64,000 bases of DNA, taken from contig CM060731.1 of NCBI GenBank assembly GCA_030704615.1, positions 310,001 to 374,000 on the forward strand, read 5' to 3'. The DNA comes from Takakia lepidozioides. Lineage: Eukaryota > Plantae > Bryophyta. The notes beneath the pieces were generated by a model, which was not told the DNA's origin, did no database searches, and saw nothing but the letters and a program-made list of their open reading frames with translations. Shown one piece after another: positions 61,680-64,000 of the stretch. A program made the translations under genes and the position numbers. Positions within the stretch are counted from its first letter, which is position 1. Each line of letters starts with the position of its first letter.

Positions 61680-63498
61680 TTTGTTCTGCGGCTTCCAGCA
61701 TCCCACCACTACTCCCCCGCCAAAATTTCGACCAATAAAAAATGCCCCCCAAAAAAAGTGTTCTCTTCGCTCACTATTGCAGAACTCTCTTTGAAAGAGT
61801 GCATGAAGTTGAACACAAATCAAGTTTGGAGTGCAAAACAGGGAAGAAACTGTGGTTTTGGGTCCAAATGAATAATGTTGGCTCCCAAATTTGGCACGCA
61901 CATTGCATATGGCTACATTACACGCCCCATTAAAAAACGGAATGAAAAAAAAATCGTGAGCACGCAAAACACAGTCCAACAGGTCCCAAAGCAATAGCAG
62001 ATCCAGCGGAATACATTCAACGGGTGAACGGATGGTTCCCATCCAAATCATTTTTGTTTGCTTCCAAACTTTGCCAGTACGTTCGAGACACCCTCTCACA
62101 GGTCCCGGACTAAATTCATTCGATGGCTAAACGGATGGTTGGCCATCGAGATGATTTTGGTTCGCTTTGAGACTTGGCCAGTATGTTAAATGTGCCATGG
62201 AAGAGGCCCCAGAGTAATATGAGATCAATCGAAATTTGTTCAATGGGCCAACGGATGGTTGCCCATCCAAATGATTTTCGTTCGCTTTGAGACTTGGCCA
62301 GTGTGTTCAATGTATCCTTTGAGATCAATCGAAACTCGTTCGATGGGCCAATGAGGTGTTCAGTTGTCATCTGGTTTTTGTTCATTGCGAAAAAAAAAAA
62401 TCCTGCAATGCGTGCACGGCTATTGCACCCATTGAACGGATGTGGTTGAAGCTCCTCTTTTGCCCGCATGTGCTTGAACATGTGCGGAGACACAACAGAC
62501 GAATGAAACATTTGCCTCCCCATCGACACCAAGCCATTCCATAATGTAATTGAATTTAAAATAATTTAAAGCCAATAAATAGGTTTGCACTGCCTTTCAT
62601 TGGGGGTTTCTGGCACGTATCGATTTTGTTTTTGGCTCAATTTTGTTCTGCGGCTTCCGGCATCCCACCACTACTCCCCCGCCAAAATTTCGACCAATCC
62701 AAAATGCCCCAAAAAAAAAGTGTTCTCTTCGCTCACTATTGCAGAACTCTCTTTGAAAGAGTGCATGAAGTTGAACACAAATCAAGTTTGGAGTGCAAAT
62801 CAGGGAAGAAACTGTGGTTTTGGGTCCAAATGAATTATGTTGGCTCCCAAATTTGGCACGCACATTGCATATGGCTACATTACACGCCCCATTAAAAAAC
62901 GGAATGAAAAAAAAAATCGTGAGCACGCAAAACACAGTCCAACAGGTCCCAATGCAATAGCAAATCCAGCGGAATACATTCAACGGGTGAACGGATGGTT
63001 GCCCATCCAAATCATTTTTGTTTGCTTCCAAACTTTGCCAGTACGTTCGAGACACCCTCTCACAGGTCCCGGACTAAATTCATTCGATGGCTCAACGGAT
63101 GGTTGCCCATCCAAATGATTTTCGTTCGCTTTGAGACTTGGCCAGTGTGTTCAATGTATCCTCTGATAGGTCCCAGTGTAATATGAGATCAATCGAAACT
63201 CGTTCGATGGGCCAACGGATGGTTGCCCATCCAAATGATTTTCGTTCGCTTTGAGACTTGGCCAGTGTGTTCAATGTATCCTCTGATAGGTCCCAGTGTA
63301 ATATGAGATCAATCGAAACTCGTTCGATGGGCCAATGAGGTGTTCAGTTGTCATCTGGTTTTTGTTCATTGCGAAAAAAAAAATCCTGCAATGCGTGCAC
63401 GGCTATTGCACCCATTGAACGGATGTGGTTGAAGCTCCTCTTTTGCCCGCATGTGCTTGAACATGTGCGGAGACACAACAGACGAATGAAACATTTGC
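61680..63498 (-). repeat. ~993-bp satellite tract (~1.8 units, variable 120-bp subrepeat number)
   Basis: Reverse complement of 49613-52236; exact 120-bp duplication 63101/63221. Confidence 0.95.
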
Positions 63499-64000
63499 AG
63501 ACAGATTCAATTGCAGTAGACACCTTCACCTGCAAGGATGAGGAAATAGAAGGCAATCAGGGCGACGGCCGAACAATCTCCCGCAAAACCGCTTCCACGA
63601 GCTGAAGCTCAGTTCCTGGAGGATTTCCCGCCTGCAGATGTTGGGGCCGACTCTGCTGCAACGAAGGCAATGGGATCGACCGTTTCTGTCGATTTGGTAC
63701 TGGAGGAGGGTGCTGCCGCTCAACGTTCGCAGCAAGACCTCACCACCGATGAGCAAACAGGCCCCAGAGTGCAGCTCCAGTTGAGGATGCTCCAATTGCT
63801 CAGCCACTACCGGCACCTACAGACATGTCTCCGGAGGATTTCAAAAGTGCAGCGGATAAAATGTTGGAGGAGACACACAGTAGCATTGGCAGAGTTCTGG
63901 GCAGCAGGGTATTCCAGCGGACTCTTTGAATCCCACTCTGTCGCATGGTCTCCCTTCCCATTGTCAGGCAGGCCCTTCCCGGAGATGTGGATAAGCTCAA
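63499..64000 (+). pseudogene. Third ParB/Srx-domain gene copy (N-terminal part, runs off the window)
   Basis: 63930-63998 reads IPLCRMVSLPIVRQALPGDVDKL versus IPLCRMISMPVVRPPLSHDITKL in the 59433-59960 ORF; preceded by acidic low-complexity coding sequence and an in-frame TGA. Confidence 0.8.

Overview
This is TE-saturated eukaryotic DNA, most likely a land plant. The non-seed-plant (bryophyte-like) assignment is a low-confidence inference. There is no intact host gene, and nearly all ORFs are decayed by C>T/G>A changes. Ordinary content: four nested or truncated Ty3/Gypsy elements, a BED/DUF659 hAT transposase relic with palindromic subterminal arrays, a 725-bp MITE with an 8-bp TSD, and five tracts of a ~993-bp satellite. 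The main unusual signal is an apparent multi-gene Mutator-like system with three parts. (i) Two paralogous genes with an N-terminal GCM-like Zn DNA-binding domain; the full-length one continues into a MULE DDE core and a SWIM finger (37364-40951, 42680-43717). (ii) Three diverged copies of an intron-containing ParB/Srx-domain gene (DGNHR motif); the full-length copy ends in a beta-class N4C/N6A DNA-methyltransferase fold (55120-61252, 43718-44320, 63499-64000). (iii) Family-specific 20-bp palindromes of form GAAnnnCG-N4-CGnnnTTC: about 28 copies phased at 53 bp upstream of the transposase, and about 15 copies in the introns of the ParB-MTase gene. Also notable: a protein-kinase relic behind a hAT-type terminus, and an 18.8-kb satellite-bounded block that splits one Gypsy pol gene almost codon-precisely. 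All calls come from reading sequence and motifs by eye; no database searches were run, and boundaries are approximate unless stated.
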